Shown here piece after piece: positions 39,509 to 49,146 of a DNA stretch of 64,000 nt. The first letter of the stretch is position 1. Every line of letters begins with the position of its first letter. The notes under the pieces were generated by a model, which saw only the letters and a program-made list of their open reading frames with translations, did no database searches and had not been told where the DNA came from. Source of the DNA: an uncultured virus (IMG/VR IMGVR_UViG_3300049846_001482). Taxonomy: Duplodnaviria; Heunggongvirae; Uroviricota; Caudoviricetes. A program made the position numbers and the translations under genes. The stretch lies in IMG/VR virus record IMGVR_UViG_3300049846_001482. One strand, given 5' to 3'.

Positions 39509-40290
39509 TTTTCACCCCTAAAGATAGGCTTGCCTGTGAGTCTCATCTCCAGACGCTCAGATTGCTTGGCGATGATGATGATGTCTTCAACCAACTCAAA
39601 GTTCTGCATCTGGTGAGCTACGGCTGATGCTGCTCCCAGACTCAATGAGGCTTTGGCTAGGTACTTGAGCAGAAGAGTTTTCTTTTGCTTTTCGGTTAGC
39701 TTCTTTTTGGCTGGCATGACTCTTCCTCCAGTAATAAAGTATTCGTTTAGCTAGGCGATCCCTTAGAAACTTCCACCTCTGGCTGCTCATCTGGTGGTAA
39801 CGACAGGGGCTACCACCCATTGCTCCATCAGAACACTGATAGACATCGTTGTAGCAGTCGCATTTCTCTCGGATAAGATACTTGGCTTCTGCTTTGGCGG
39901 CCTGCTTGATGCTGAACCATCTTCTGCCACCACCCCAATAAACCTTGATCTTATCTGTTCTGCTTTCCTTTCTGATAGGCTCTCTTAACTTTCTCTCCGA
40001 GTGAGAAAGCGCCTCCTTATGCAGAAGCCTTTTAGCCTTGGTCAGAAATTTAGTGCGCTTCATTGGTTATCCCAACGCCTTACCTTTCTATGCATCTGCC
40101 TAAGCATATGCCAAGCAGATCCGGCGTCACCTGCCTGAGCAGCAGCCATAGCCATCTCTATATGACCATTCAGGACTGCTCTCATGTATTTGTCGTGATC
40201 ATCGCTGAGGGTTTGCCCAGCAGGGACATCCATTCCAACCCAAGGATGCTCAACGCTGTAGTCTATTTCGCTCATCATCTTCTCCGTCAT
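39505..40290 (-). CDS. three small ORFs (39505..39717; 39596..40063 with MKRTKF tag; 40060..40290)
   Basis: ORF track; packed, with a long overlap between the first two. Confidence 0.55.
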
Positions 40291-40805
40291 TTGGTAGGTA
40301 TCCTAAGGCCCATTTTCTGCATAGCCAAGATAGCCTCAGCGTTTCCTTTGGCATCATTGACAGGGTTGTGGTCGTGAGTGGTCTTCCTCAGATGCTTCCA
40401 ACCAGCAAAAGAGTCCTTCTGCATGCCGCAGTAGAGGTCTCCAATGCGTCTTCCAGAGAAACCACAGGGATTCTGACCCAGATAGCGATGGAAGTAATAA
40501 TTGAGCCACTGCCAGTCATAGGCGATGTTGTCTGACAGGATGACTGGGCGACCTACGCTGTTTAGATTGATCCAAGCATTGAGCTGGATGAATACCTCAG
40601 CGGGGTCATTGAAGGCCTCGTGCTGTTCTCTGGTGAATCCAGAAACAGCCAAAGCTTCTGGAATCCAGAGGTTTGAGATGGGCTTGGTCTGTCCATAGAA
40701 GGTCGTCTCCAACTTCTCGTCAACCTTGACAATGCCAAAGCAGACCATCGAGTAGAGATGGGGAACGGGACCATCAGATTCACAATCAAGAACAAACCAG
40801 CTCAT
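40287..40805 (-). CDS. DEDDh 3'-5' exonuclease
   Basis: VLDCESDGP, SDNIAYDW, HNPVNDA motifs. Confidence 0.88.
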   Translation of the reverse strand: MSWFVLDCESDGPVPHLYSMVCFGIVKVDEKLETTFYGQTKPISNLWIPEALAVSGFTREQHEAFNDPAEVFIQLNAWINLNSVGRPVILSDNIAYDWQWLNYYFHRYLGQNPCGFSGRRIGDLYCGMQKDSFAGWKHLRKTTHDHNPVNDAKGNAEAILAMQKMGLRIPTK

Positions 40806-41296
40806 GGCAACTTGCCTTCCTGCAGATTGCGGAGAATGCTTTGGATGTCGGGTGGTGTTTCTCTTTGGAGCCCTAGCTCAGACAGCGGCCTGAAGGGGTA
40901 GGCTTTAGAGAAGGTATAGATGACACCATCCTTGAATAGACCGTATGGCGTCTCGAAGTACTTCCCGTAGTCCTCAGAGTCGTCGATATGTAGATCGAGG
41001 TCGTGAAGCTTGGCATACTCGCCCTTACTCCTATCCCAGATAGTCTTATCATCGATCCACGGGTTGTTTTCATCGGCCCATCTAACGCCTATGTTGTTCT
41101 TGACGGCGTTCTCCACGATAGAGAAGAAGTGGGTATAAGATATGTCGTGCTGCTTGAGTAAGGCTTCTACCTTCCCAAACTTTGGTCCAGTCAAGATGTG
41201 AACCTCATGGCCAGCCTTCACCAACCCTTTGGATAGGGCGGAGAAGACGAGAGGTTTGGCATCAATGACGCCATGTATGTCGAGTCCGATTTTCAT
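40802..41296 (-). CDS. HAD-superfamily protein
   Basis: KIGLDIHGVID, HILTG, K...A, LHIDDS motifs. Confidence 0.75.
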   Translation of the reverse strand: MKIGLDIHGVIDAKPLVFSALSKGLVKAGHEVHILTGPKFGKVEALLKQHDISYTHFFSIVENAVKNNIGVRWADENNPWIDDKTIWDRSKGEYAKLHDLDLHIDDSEDYGKYFETPYGLFKDGVIYTFSKAYPFRPLSELGLQRETPPDIQSILRNLQEGKLP

Positions 41297-41314
41297 GGTT
41301 TTCTCCCTTTGACC

Positions 41315-41343
41315 AGTATGACATTTTGGAAAAGGGTTGTCAA
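41315..41343 (-). promoter_or_regulatory. sigma70-like promoter
   Basis: TTGACA-17 nt-CATACT. Confidence 0.65.
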
Positions 41344-41349
41344 GAAATA

Positions 41350-41381
41350 AAAAGACCGCCAGTTGCCCAGCGGTCTCTTTA
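41350..41381 (-). terminator. intrinsic terminator after the TerD-domain gene
   Basis: AGACCGC/GCGGTCT hairpin followed by TTTTATTT on the minus strand. Confidence 0.65.
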
Positions 41382-41402
41382 CCACCCACTCCCACACGTA
41401 AC

Positions 41403-43541
41403 TTAGAGCATTGTCAGGATTTCAGGCAGCGAATTGAGGGTGTATTCAAGATCGTAAACCTTGTCTGCCTTGGTCTTGTCAGTGACCAACTTGCCACGAC
41501 CCTCGGCATGAAGCTTGAACAGGTCGTAGAGAGTGGGCTTGTTGAGGTCCACGATGCCCTTGACGATGGTCGCAAGGCTCTTCTTGTTGCCTTCAACCGT
41601 GCGACCCCAGCCCATAGCGCCCATCTTGTTGTTGAGGGTCAGGTCAAGCCAGATCAACTCCCTCGTCTTGAGGTCGAACATCATGGGAACAGCAGTCGTG
41701 GCGACAGCAGTCAGGTCGAACTTGTGTTCAACCGTCTTGGGGTCATAGATCTCGCCAGACTTGAGATCGTTCCTCAGCATGACGCCAGCAAAGCACTCCT
41801 TCATCGTGTCGAAGGTCTGGTCCGTGAAGGCGTGGATGTTGACAGCGACATAGCGAATGCCATTATTGAGAGCCTTCTCGATGTCGATGTCGATGAACTC
41901 ACTGGCACCCCTGGGAGCGTCCGTGATGTCGCCGCTGTGAGCGCTCATGGAGCCCTCGCCACCACCCCAACGGAGATTGGTCCAGCTTACATGACCAGCG
42001 TCAGAGAAATTCTCATCGAGGAAGAAGACCGACAGATCGATGTCGATGCGATTGCCATAGTAGGAGTCGGTCTGAGCCTTCATGCCGTCCTTGACACCAT
42101 TCTTCCACCAGGTGAAGAGACGGACCACCTTCTTGTCGCCAGGGATTGCCACACGGGAACCACGGGCGATGGTCTTGAAGGAGTTGCTGGCGCTGCGGAG
42201 AGCAAAGGGCACGTTGATACCCTTCAAGGTCTCGTCAATGTAGACCTTGCCCAGCGAAGGCAGCTCACCAAAGCGGTTGATGAGAGCCTTGCCAGCGATC
42301 TTGACGATCTTGCCGCAGATGGCCTTGTCCAGAGGCTTGAGGTCATTCTTGATGACCTGAACCTTGGCCAGATTGCCCTTCGGGAAGAACATGCGGGTGT
42401 CAGCCTGCTCGGTACGGTTCTGGAAGTGGCTGTGGATGTTCAAGAGGACCGGCGTGGAGACCTTGCTCACGACCTTCTTGAAGACCTCGATGACGCCATC
42501 CTTCTGACGAGCATTGCGGACGAGCGCATCCAGCCTACGAGCCAAGTCCGTAGGACGCTCAGACAGAGCCCTGGCGCACTGGACGTACTTGCCCTCGGCG
42601 TACAGCTTCTCGATGTTGGTGTAGAAGGTCTCGATGGTGTTGCCGCTGCGGAGCTGCTTGAAAGCCGCAAAGACCTTAGGGAAGCGGGTCTTGAACTCGC
42701 CAGGGTGCAGCCTCTCAGCCACACGCACCCACTTGTTGCGGTGCTTGACCATGTTGGGAGCCAGATGGGTCATGCCCTCAAGGATGTTGAGGATCATCTT
42801 GCGCTGACCACGGGACAGCTTCGTGAACTTGGTGTTGTCTGCCAAGCTGACATCGCCATCCGACAAAGCCGTGATGAATCGCAGCACATCCGTTGGGGTA
42901 TTGAACAGACCCTCAAGCGTCAAGATGTTCTTGTCGGCATAGAGCATTCCAGCCACGAAAGCCAATATCTCCTTGTTGGAGATGTTGGTGGGCTTGAAGT
43001 TCTTCTTGTTGGTAGCGTAGTAGTCCTTGATGTAGTTGCGGTGGGTCTCGGACAGGGCAATGCTGGAGTGGATAAGGTCATCGATAGCCTTATCGTAGTC
43101 GCCCTTCTCGGCAAGACCGATGAGCTTGAGCTTGTGGTTGCCGATGAGGGCAGAACGCTCTGCCTTCTCATAGTTAGGCAACCAGCTCTCGCCAAAGACC
43201 ACGCTGATATAGTGGAAGATGGCGTTGAGGTAGAGTTCTGCATCCGAAGCGTTCATGACCTGGGTCGGGAAGTTCGGATACATAGGCTTGTGCGTGACAT
43301 GAGCTCCCTTCATCCTCTTGAGGACAGGGACGATCTCGTTGTAAAGCTCGTGCAACTCCGTCTCACTCATCAGGACGAGCCTGTTGATGAGCTTGCGTGA
43401 GAAGGTAAAGCCCAAGTCCTCGATGTTCTTCAACATCGTGGCGACATAGGTCTTGTGGTTGCGACCCGTCTTAGCCCCAAAATCAGAAACATCGATCTTG
43501 GAAGACAGTTCGAGCAGACAGGAGATCTTCTTGGAGTTCAT
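41403..43541 (-). CDS. large helical protein with C-terminal TerD-like domain
   Basis: 712 aa; KPMYPNFP.QVM, TPTDVLR, ERLHPGE in the N-terminal part; IDIDLS...HSGDIT.AP.GASEFIDID TerD signature. Confidence 0.8.
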   Translation of the reverse strand: MNSKKISCLLELSSKIDVSDFGAKTGRNHKTYVATMLKNIEDLGFTFSRKLINRLVLMSETELHELYNEIVPVLKRMKGAHVTHKPMYPNFPTQVMNASDAELYLNAIFHYISVVFGESWLPNYEKAERSALIGNHKLKLIGLAEKGDYDKAIDDLIHSSIALSETHRNYIKDYYATNKKNFKPTNISNKEILAFVAGMLYADKNILTLEGLFNTPTDVLRFITALSDGDVSLADNTKFTKLSRGQRKMILNILEGMTHLAPNMVKHRNKWVRVAERLHPGEFKTRFPKVFAAFKQLRSGNTIETFYTNIEKLYAEGKYVQCARALSERPTDLARRLDALVRNARQKDGVIEVFKKVVSKVSTPVLLNIHSHFQNRTEQADTRMFFPKGNLAKVQVIKNDLKPLDKAICGKIVKIAGKALINRFGELPSLGKVYIDETLKGINVPFALRSASNSFKTIARGSRVAIPGDKKVVRLFTWWKNGVKDGMKAQTDSYYGNRIDIDLSVFFLDENFSDAGHVSWTNLRWGGGEGSMSAHSGDITDAPRGASEFIDIDIEKALNNGIRYVAVNIHAFTDQTFDTMKECFAGVMLRNDLKSGEIYDPKTVEHKFDLTAVATTAVPMMFDLKTRELIWLDLTLNNKMGAMGWGRTVEGNKKSLATIVKGIVDLNKPTLYDLFKLHAEGRGKLVTDKTKADKVYDLEYTLNSLPEILTML

Positions 43542-43560
43542 GCTACACCTTAGAAAAAGT

Positions 43561-43794
43561 TTTAAGGAGAGCGGGCACTCTAGTTTCGGGTAAAGGCCTC
43601 CCCTTGCGGGTCGGCCTTTTAATGTGTAGAAGGAAGAACGCCCATAGCCTTAAAGTTTTTGAGGAGATTGCTCAGTCTAGTTTCATCCAATATGATTAGA
43701 AGGAAGACCGAACATAGCCTCAAGTTCTGGAGAGATCTGGGAGTCTAGTTTCTCGTATGATTAGAATTAGAAGGAAGACCCTCAATAGCCCCAG
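43561..43794 (-). ncRNA. array of three covarying RNA hairpin units in the 5' leader of the TerD-domain gene
   Basis: Units 43727-43794, 43659-43723 and 43561-43654 share GGCUA...CUUCCUUCUA...GAAACUAGA...UCU with compensatory stems. Confidence 0.8.
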
Positions 43795-43801
43795 TTCGAT
43801 T

Positions 43802-43830
43802 AGTATAGCAAAAGCCAGTTAGAGTGTCAA
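43802..43830 (-). promoter_or_regulatory. sigma70-like promoter driving the RNA array and TerD-domain gene
   Basis: TTGACA-17 nt (ending TGC)-TATACT; the -35 contains the upstream TGA stop. Confidence 0.8.
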
Positions 43831-44255
43831 GCTTTTTTTTCGAATTTCTTTTTCAGTTCTTCGAATTTTGCTCTATCTTGCTCTTCCCGATACCTTGCTT
43901 GGGCTTGGGCGCTTTCCTCTTCTCGCTTCTTGATGGCAGCGGCTTGGGCCTCGCTTACCTTCCTGACATCCTCCACCAACTCTTCAATGCTGGCAGAAAG
44001 GAAGCGTTCAGGGGAAAACTTGAGGGTTTCGGTGTAGTCCTCATAGTAGCCCCGACAGCCCACGCTTGTCTCCAGATCCAGCACAATGCCCTCGGTGGCA
44101 TCAATGCGGATTCGGTCGATATCAAAGCCATCGACCATATGGGAGTAGCCCAGAGGAATCCTCTTGCACTTGTCGATCAGAATTTCAGCCTTGTTCGAGA
44201 TGGTTTCATACATCTGCAGGAAGGCTGCATATTCGGTGGCTGAGAACTTAGACAT
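43827..44255 (-). CDS. hypothetical protein
   Basis: ORF from MSKFSA with GGAG RBS. Confidence 0.65.
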   Translation of the reverse strand: MSKFSATEYAAFLQMYETISNKAEILIDKCKRIPLGYSHMVDGFDIDRIRIDATEGIVLDLETSVGCRGYYEDYTETLKFSPERFLSASIEELVEDVRKVSEAQAAAIKKREEESAQAQARYREEQDRAKFEELKKKFEKKA

Positions 44256-44256
44256 C

Positions 44257-44865
44257 TTACTCTCCACGCAAAAGGTTGATCTGGCTGCGAAGCATATGCT
44301 CGATGTTGCTGTATGCCTGCAACTGGTCAGGGTGGGTCTTACGAGCCTTCTTGAGCATAGGCAGGAAATACTGCTCCACTTCGGCGCAGTACTTCTGCTG
44401 CTTCTCTTTGGAGAAGACACCCACCATTGAGTTGATGTTGTGGATGCGATCAGCGCCCTTGACGATGCTGGCAGAAGGGCTCATAGCCATACGGTCAAAG
44501 TAGACCTCGTATGACTTACCGTTCTTGTTGAGCAGTTCGCATTCATCAGCGATGTCGTGTCCGAACTCGCTGGCCAAGAAAACCATCGTGACGGTGGAAT
44601 AGTCTTCCAGTAGGTCGTGGAGAAGTGCCAGTGTTATGACTCGCTCTTCGTCCCTGACATCCTTGAGCGTTGAGACATAGAGAGCTATCTCAATCTGATG
44701 CTGGAATTCAGGGGTCATCTTATCACGGCGAAGACCAGCGTGATGACGAGCCGCAAAATGGAAAGCCTTCAAGGCCGTGTTGTATTTACGGCCCAGAAGG
44801 TAGTAGTGGAGAGCGATCTTCAGCTTTCCAAACCTTTCCATGATTTTGGCTTGTTTGGCTTCCAT
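44257..44865 (-). CDS. HD-domain hydrolase, RelA/SpoT small alarmone hydrolase (Mesh1/SAH)-like
   Basis: A..HH.G.RR...P...H, ALLHDLLED, VK.ADR.HN motifs. Confidence 0.85.
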   Translation of the reverse strand: MEAKQAKIMERFGKLKIALHYYLLGRKYNTALKAFHFAARHHAGLRRDKMTPEFQHQIEIALYVSTLKDVRDEERVITLALLHDLLEDYSTVTMVFLASEFGHDIADECELLNKNGKSYEVYFDRMAMSPSASIVKGADRIHNINSMVGVFSKEKQQKYCAEVEQYFLPMLKKARKTHPDQLQAYSNIEHMLRSQINLLRGE

Positions 44866-44867
44866 GA

Positions 44868-45311
44868 CTATCTCCCCTGGTCCTGGTTCTTCTTGAAAGG
44901 CTTTCCGTTGAACCTTGTTCTGGGTGAAATTTTGCCCAGCGTCAGGTCTTTCCAGTAGTTAGCCCGATTCCAAGCTTTGTCTTCTACGGAACCACGAACC
45001 ACCACCCCATGCCAGCCACTCTTGTCGTTGGAGCCATAGAGGCGGCAGGGGACAGCCAGTTTGAGTTTGACCTCAAAGAGCTGCGTGGTCTTCTTGGTGC
45101 TGCAACAGTCCGTGTTGGAGAAGAGCAACGTCTCAATCAGCTCTCCATCGGAGCCCGTTGCGTCAAGATGCCAACGCTCACAGAACTGGATGGTCAGGAA
45201 CTCCGCATCCTTGTTGATGGGAGAAACAAAGACAGTCGGAGGCCGTGAGAATTTGGGCTTCTCATAGCCTTTGCTGGAAAGGTAAAAGACTTTGGCATCT
45301 AGAACGAGCAT
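44868..45311 (-). CDS. hypothetical protein
   Basis: GGAGG RBS, downstream of a promoter. Confidence 0.65.
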   Translation of the reverse strand: MLVLDAKVFYLSSKGYEKPKFSRPPTVFVSPINKDAEFLTIQFCERWHLDATGSDGELIETLLFSNTDCCSTKKTTQLFEVKLKLAVPCRLYGSNDKSGWHGVVVRGSVEDKAWNRANYWKDLTLGKISPRTRFNGKPFKKNQDQGR

Positions 45312-45334
45312 GACTTCCTCCGATTCAATGCCAA

Positions 45335-45363
45335 AGTATAACAATTTCGGAGGGGCTTGTCAA
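45335..45363 (-). promoter_or_regulatory. sigma70-like promoter
   Basis: TTGACA-17 nt-TATACT; contains the upstream TGA stop. Confidence 0.75.
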
Positions 45364-45857
45364 TAGTCTTTTTGGAGCCTTTTTTCGGCAAATTCCCTGA
45401 TGGCTTCAGCGTCCCAGCCATTGTCCCGACTGCTATTGCATCGCTCACAAGCCAGCCTCATATTGTGCATGTCAGTCAGCTTGCCACCGTGGCTAATCTT
45501 GATGATATGGTCAATCGTGACCTTATCGTGGGTTCGCTCCTTGACATCACGCAATGTCCTATTGCACTTGTAGCAATGCAATTCCCCGTCCCTTTTGAGA
45601 CAGAGGTTTATGAACTTCTGACGGACACGGTGGTAATGAGAAGGAATGTGTCCTTCTTCGTAGGGGGCTTGAAGGATGTCAACATACTTCTTGATCAGAA
45701 GAACAAGAGCGGCTTGAGAGTCAATGGGTGGGTCATCCATCAAGACATTCTGAAACCGCCGCAGGGTCTTTTCTTCCCTTTTCCAGCGGGCGATGTCGTC
45801 CTGGCTTGTTGGAATCTGATAGGACGGAGCAACGAAGGAACCCTTGACGGTTGGCAT
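45360..45857 (-). CDS. HNH endonuclease
   Basis: CYKC...TIDHII..S.GG.....N...AC.RCN motif. Confidence 0.88.
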   Translation of the reverse strand: MPTVKGSFVAPSYQIPTSQDDIARWKREEKTLRRFQNVLMDDPPIDSQAALVLLIKKYVDILQAPYEEGHIPSHYHRVRQKFINLCLKRDGELHCYKCNRTLRDVKERTHDKVTIDHIIKISHGGKLTDMHNMRLACERCNSSRDNGWDAEAIREFAEKRLQKDY

Positions 45858-45859
45858 GA

Positions 45860-46546
45860 TTACGACCAGTGGGTATAAATCATGGGTCTTAGTTCGTCAA
45901 CAAAAGAGGCAACATCCTTGACAATTCCCGTGTAAAGTAATAGGGCATGTATTGAGACAGGAATTGAGGGTCGCCAGTTGTTCTTGAGGTCTTCAACGAG
46001 AGCCTTGTCGGTCTCATCATCTTCAAGCAGATGGTGAAATACAAAGGAATCCAACCTTCCTTCCTTGTATTTCTTCGAACCACCATCCAAAGGCTTCCCT
46101 CTGAATCGCACCAAATAGCCCTCGTAGGGGTAAATGCCAGACCTGAGGCTCTTTGGCTGTTGCACCTTGGATCTGCTATCTGTGCCAGCCTCGTAGTAGT
46201 CTATCAGATCGTCGTACCGACTCCATGTGCCGGTATGAGGGAACGGCTGGAAGAGGATGACTGGTCCAGATTCGGGATGATAGATGATGTTTGAGTTGAC
46301 ATCTTGTGGAGACTTTTCAAATGTCTTTAACTGGATTTTAGAGATCAAAGAATCAAGTCTTTCTTTCTTGGCAGCTTTCATTATGAGTTTGAGGTTATCT
46401 TTATCCTCAACCCACTTAATCAAGTCCTTTAGGTTTAGGTCGTCACCCCAACCATCATCAAACATCTTGCTGGTGAAGCGAGGATCCTTCTCTCGCTTCC
46501 AGTCAGTGATGCCGTAGCCGATGGATTTGTGTATCCTAATCCCCAT
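45860..46546 (-). CDS. hypothetical protein
   Basis: ORF from MGIRIH; packed. Confidence 0.7.
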   Translation of the reverse strand: MGIRIHKSIGYGITDWKREKDPRFTSKMFDDGWGDDLNLKDLIKWVEDKDNLKLIMKAAKKERLDSLISKIQLKTFEKSPQDVNSNIIYHPESGPVILFQPFPHTGTWSRYDDLIDYYEAGTDSRSKVQQPKSLRSGIYPYEGYLVRFRGKPLDGGSKKYKEGRLDSFVFHHLLEDDETDKALVEDLKNNWRPSIPVSIHALLLYTGIVKDVASFVDELRPMIYTHWS

Positions 46547-46745
46547 TTTCTGCCTCGTACCATTGAACCCTGAGCCTATTGTCTCGGCTCCACAGTTTCC
46601 AGTGACCACCCCACAGATAGCACCACGTCAGCCCAAACCTTCCGATTTGGAGCTCGTACATAGTAGCGCCCTTTAGAACGCCCATCCATACCCCAAAGGG
46701 TCGGGCTGTGATGTAGTACTTGCCGACTGTGATGCCCGTCTTCAT
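46536..46745 (-). CDS. hypothetical protein
   Basis: 69 aa; overlaps the nadE stop by 4 nt. Confidence 0.5.
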   Translation of the reverse strand: MKTGITVGKYYITARPFGVWMGVLKGATMYELQIGRFGLTWCYLWGGHWKLWSRDNRLRVQWYEAENGD

Positions 46746-48472
46746 GCCAGAACGTTAGCGGGAGAATGCTTCTGGACAATGGGGAGCCTTCGCCCAGCGC
46801 CCCAAGCCTTCTGGTGGACTCTGATGGTAGGAGCAGCCTGACGACGCTTGAACTCTGCCCTGTCCACCATGCGATGGATCTTGGCGAAGTCCTTGAAGCC
46901 AGCCTTCTCCACCGTCTCCTTGCACTTGGCAAGGATCTTGGGGTCGATCTCCGTTCCCTCAATGTAAGGGATGAGAATGGCATCCAAGACAGGGTAGGGC
47001 GGCAGCGAGTCCGAGTCCTTCTGCCCCTCATAGAGTTCAGCCGAGGGCTCCTTGTCGATGATGGCGTTGGGGATGACCTCTCGCCACTTGGCATCGTTGA
47101 TGTAGCGGCAGAGTTCCCAGACCTCAGTCTTATAGAGGTCGCTGATGGGAGCCAGACCGCCGTTCATGTCGCCATAGATGGTGCAGTAGCCCACGGCACA
47201 CTCGCTCTTGTTGCCAGTGGTAAGCGGAAGGTATTCTGGGTTCTCATTGGTGAAAGCCATGAGAATCATGCCCCTGATTCGAGCCTGCAGGTTCTCTTTG
47301 GTCAGGCTCTTCTGCGACTTTCCGAAAGCTGCATCAAAGCCTTCCATGAGGGTGTCAAATCCTTCCCTGATGGGATATTCATAGAGTTTGACGCCAAGGT
47401 TCTCGCAAAGCTTCTGCGAATCCGTGACGCTTCCCTTTGAAGAGATTGCCGAAGGCATCGTGATGGCAATGACGTTCTCGCTTCCCACCGCTTCCACGGC
47501 CAGGGCCAGAACCAGAGCCGAATCAATGCCACCACTCGAAGCAATGGCAACCTTCTTGAAGCCACACTTCCTCACATAGTCCCTGATGCCAAGGACAATC
47601 TGGCGGAAGTAGAAAGCAGCCTCAGGGCGCTTCCGCTTAGCTTCATTTTCGCTCTTCAAAGCGATGTTTCCGCCAGAGTAGTGAGGGTCAAAGAGACCGC
47701 CATTTTCATCGTCCCACCAGATCGCCTTGGTCTCTTCGGTGAACGAGTCCATGACTACTTTACCATGACCATCGGGATTGACGGCAAAGCTGGTGCCATC
47801 AAACACAATGTCGTCGTTTCCGCCGACTTGGTTGACGTAGAGGATGGGAACCCCATGCTCCTTCGAGATGGCAGCGAACTTCTCCAGCCGATATTCGGGC
47901 TTGCCGACATTGGAAGGCGAAGCATTGACGCTGACGATTAGCTCGGCTCCCGCCTTGACAGTTTCCTCTACGGGATTGACGGGATAGAGGAACTTGTTGG
48001 TGATCGCCTTGTCATTCCACATGTCTTCGCAGATAAGCAAGCCAACCACGGTTTCGCCAATCTGGAAGGTGCAGGTTTCCTTCCCAGGCTCAAAGTGGCG
48101 GCTCTCATCGAAGATGTTGTAGGTGGGGAGCAGTCGCTTCTTGTAGGTTCGAGCAATCTCGCCATTACCCAGAAGCGAAGCGCAGTTGAAGAAGGGCTTG
48201 CCGACACCATCGTTTTCCATGATGTGTCCAACGATGACAGCAGCCTTCATGTGGTAGGTAAGAAGAGCCAGTCGTCCGAGGTATTCCATCTGCTCTTTGC
48301 AGAACCCAGCCCTCTCCACAAGGTCCAAAGGAGGATAGCCAGTCAGCGACAGCTCAGAGAAAACAATGAGGTCGTAGTAAGCCCCATTCTTCTCCATGAC
48401 TTCCTTGATCTTGAGGTAGTTACCCTCAAGGTCTCCAACGATGTAGTTGAGCTGAGCTGCTAGAATCTTCAT
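46742..48472 (-). CDS. nadE: glutamine-dependent NAD+ synthetase
   Basis: Nitrilase domain (FSEL..TGYPP, YKK..LP.Y..FDE.R.F, ICED.W) plus synthetase domain (SGGIDS, ENLQARIRG, TTGNKSE..VGY.T.YGD, PSAEL...Q.D). Confidence 0.96.
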   Translation of the reverse strand: MKILAAQLNYIVGDLEGNYLKIKEVMEKNGAYYDLIVFSELSLTGYPPLDLVERAGFCKEQMEYLGRLALLTYHMKAAVIVGHIMENDGVGKPFFNCASLLGNGEIARTYKKRLLPTYNIFDESRHFEPGKETCTFQIGETVVGLLICEDMWNDKAITNKFLYPVNPVEETVKAGAELIVSVNASPSNVGKPEYRLEKFAAISKEHGVPILYVNQVGGNDDIVFDGTSFAVNPDGHGKVVMDSFTEETKAIWWDDENGGLFDPHYSGGNIALKSENEAKRKRPEAAFYFRQIVLGIRDYVRKCGFKKVAIASSGGIDSALVLALAVEAVGSENVIAITMPSAISSKGSVTDSQKLCENLGVKLYEYPIREGFDTLMEGFDAAFGKSQKSLTKENLQARIRGMILMAFTNENPEYLPLTTGNKSECAVGYCTIYGDMNGGLAPISDLYKTEVWELCRYINDAKWREVIPNAIIDKEPSAELYEGQKDSDSLPPYPVLDAILIPYIEGTEIDPKILAKCKETVEKAGFKDFAKIHRMVDRAEFKRRQAAPTIRVHQKAWGAGRRLPIVQKHSPANVLA

Positions 48473-48546
48473 GGTTTCTCCTTTTGTTCTCGACTTTCTA
48501 ACCAGGAACCCAAACTAGTTGGGTTCAAGGTAAGACAGTGGAGACC

Positions 48547-49125
48547 TTATCGGGCATCGCCCTTGCTAAACACGTCCAGCGTCTTGTCCTTGCGTGTCTC
48601 GAAGGCGTTGGCCGTCTCATCGCTGGTCACGGGCTCGTAATCAGACCACTTGAAGTCAGCCGAGGGCTTGCCCACGAAACTGGCCAGCATGGAGGTGGGG
48701 AACTGCTTGACGTAGGACTTGTAGGCACGAGCCTTGTCGATCATGTCGGTCTGCGTAGCCTTGAAGTCATTGCGCCCGCTTTCGATGACCTGCTGCACCT
48801 GCTTATAGAGCGAAGCATCGAAGTTGGGGTTGGACTCCTGGATCCAGTTCATCAGCGGGTTCTTGCCCTTGTAGCGGCCTTCCATGAGACCCAGGTAGAC
48901 CTTCTGCATGTCGCCAGAGTACTGCGAAGGCACCTGAGCCACTTCCTTGACGCTCTTCCAGAAGTTGTCGTATTGCGACTTGGAGACATCCTTCGAGGCC
49001 TGGAGCGTGGTCTCGTAGCGGACGCAGGTGTTGTTCGTGGTGACGAGCATGATGCCGAAGATGAGGGCGAAGACCAAGCCCAGAGCACCGGCGACACCGA
49101 GGACGATCAGGACTGTGCGGTTCAT
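48547..49125 (-). CDS. membrane-anchored protein, LemA-like
   Basis: N-terminal TM; C-terminal YKSYVKQFP.SMLA resembles LemA; AAGGAG RBS. Confidence 0.65.
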   Translation of the reverse strand: MNRTVLIVLGVAGALGLVFALIFGIMLVTTNNTCVRYETTLQASKDVSKSQYDNFWKSVKEVAQVPSQYSGDMQKVYLGLMEGRYKGKNPLMNWIQESNPNFDASLYKQVQQVIESGRNDFKATQTDMIDKARAYKSYVKQFPTSMLASFVGKPSADFKWSDYEPVTSDETANAFETRKDKTLDVFSKGDAR

Positions 49126-49146
49126 GTCTTACTCCTTACGTTGGGG

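Noticed and set aside
41337..43400. 687-aa plus-strand ORF, and similar long ORFs at 35120..36631, 49288..50316, 51581..52378 and 54086..54886
   Set aside because: Antisense shadows of well-supported minus-strand genes with biased codon usage; no motifs or RBS.
43561..43794. CRISPR array
   Set aside because: Only three units; conserved blocks are split, the variable parts pair with each other, and no cas genes are present. Treated as structured RNA.
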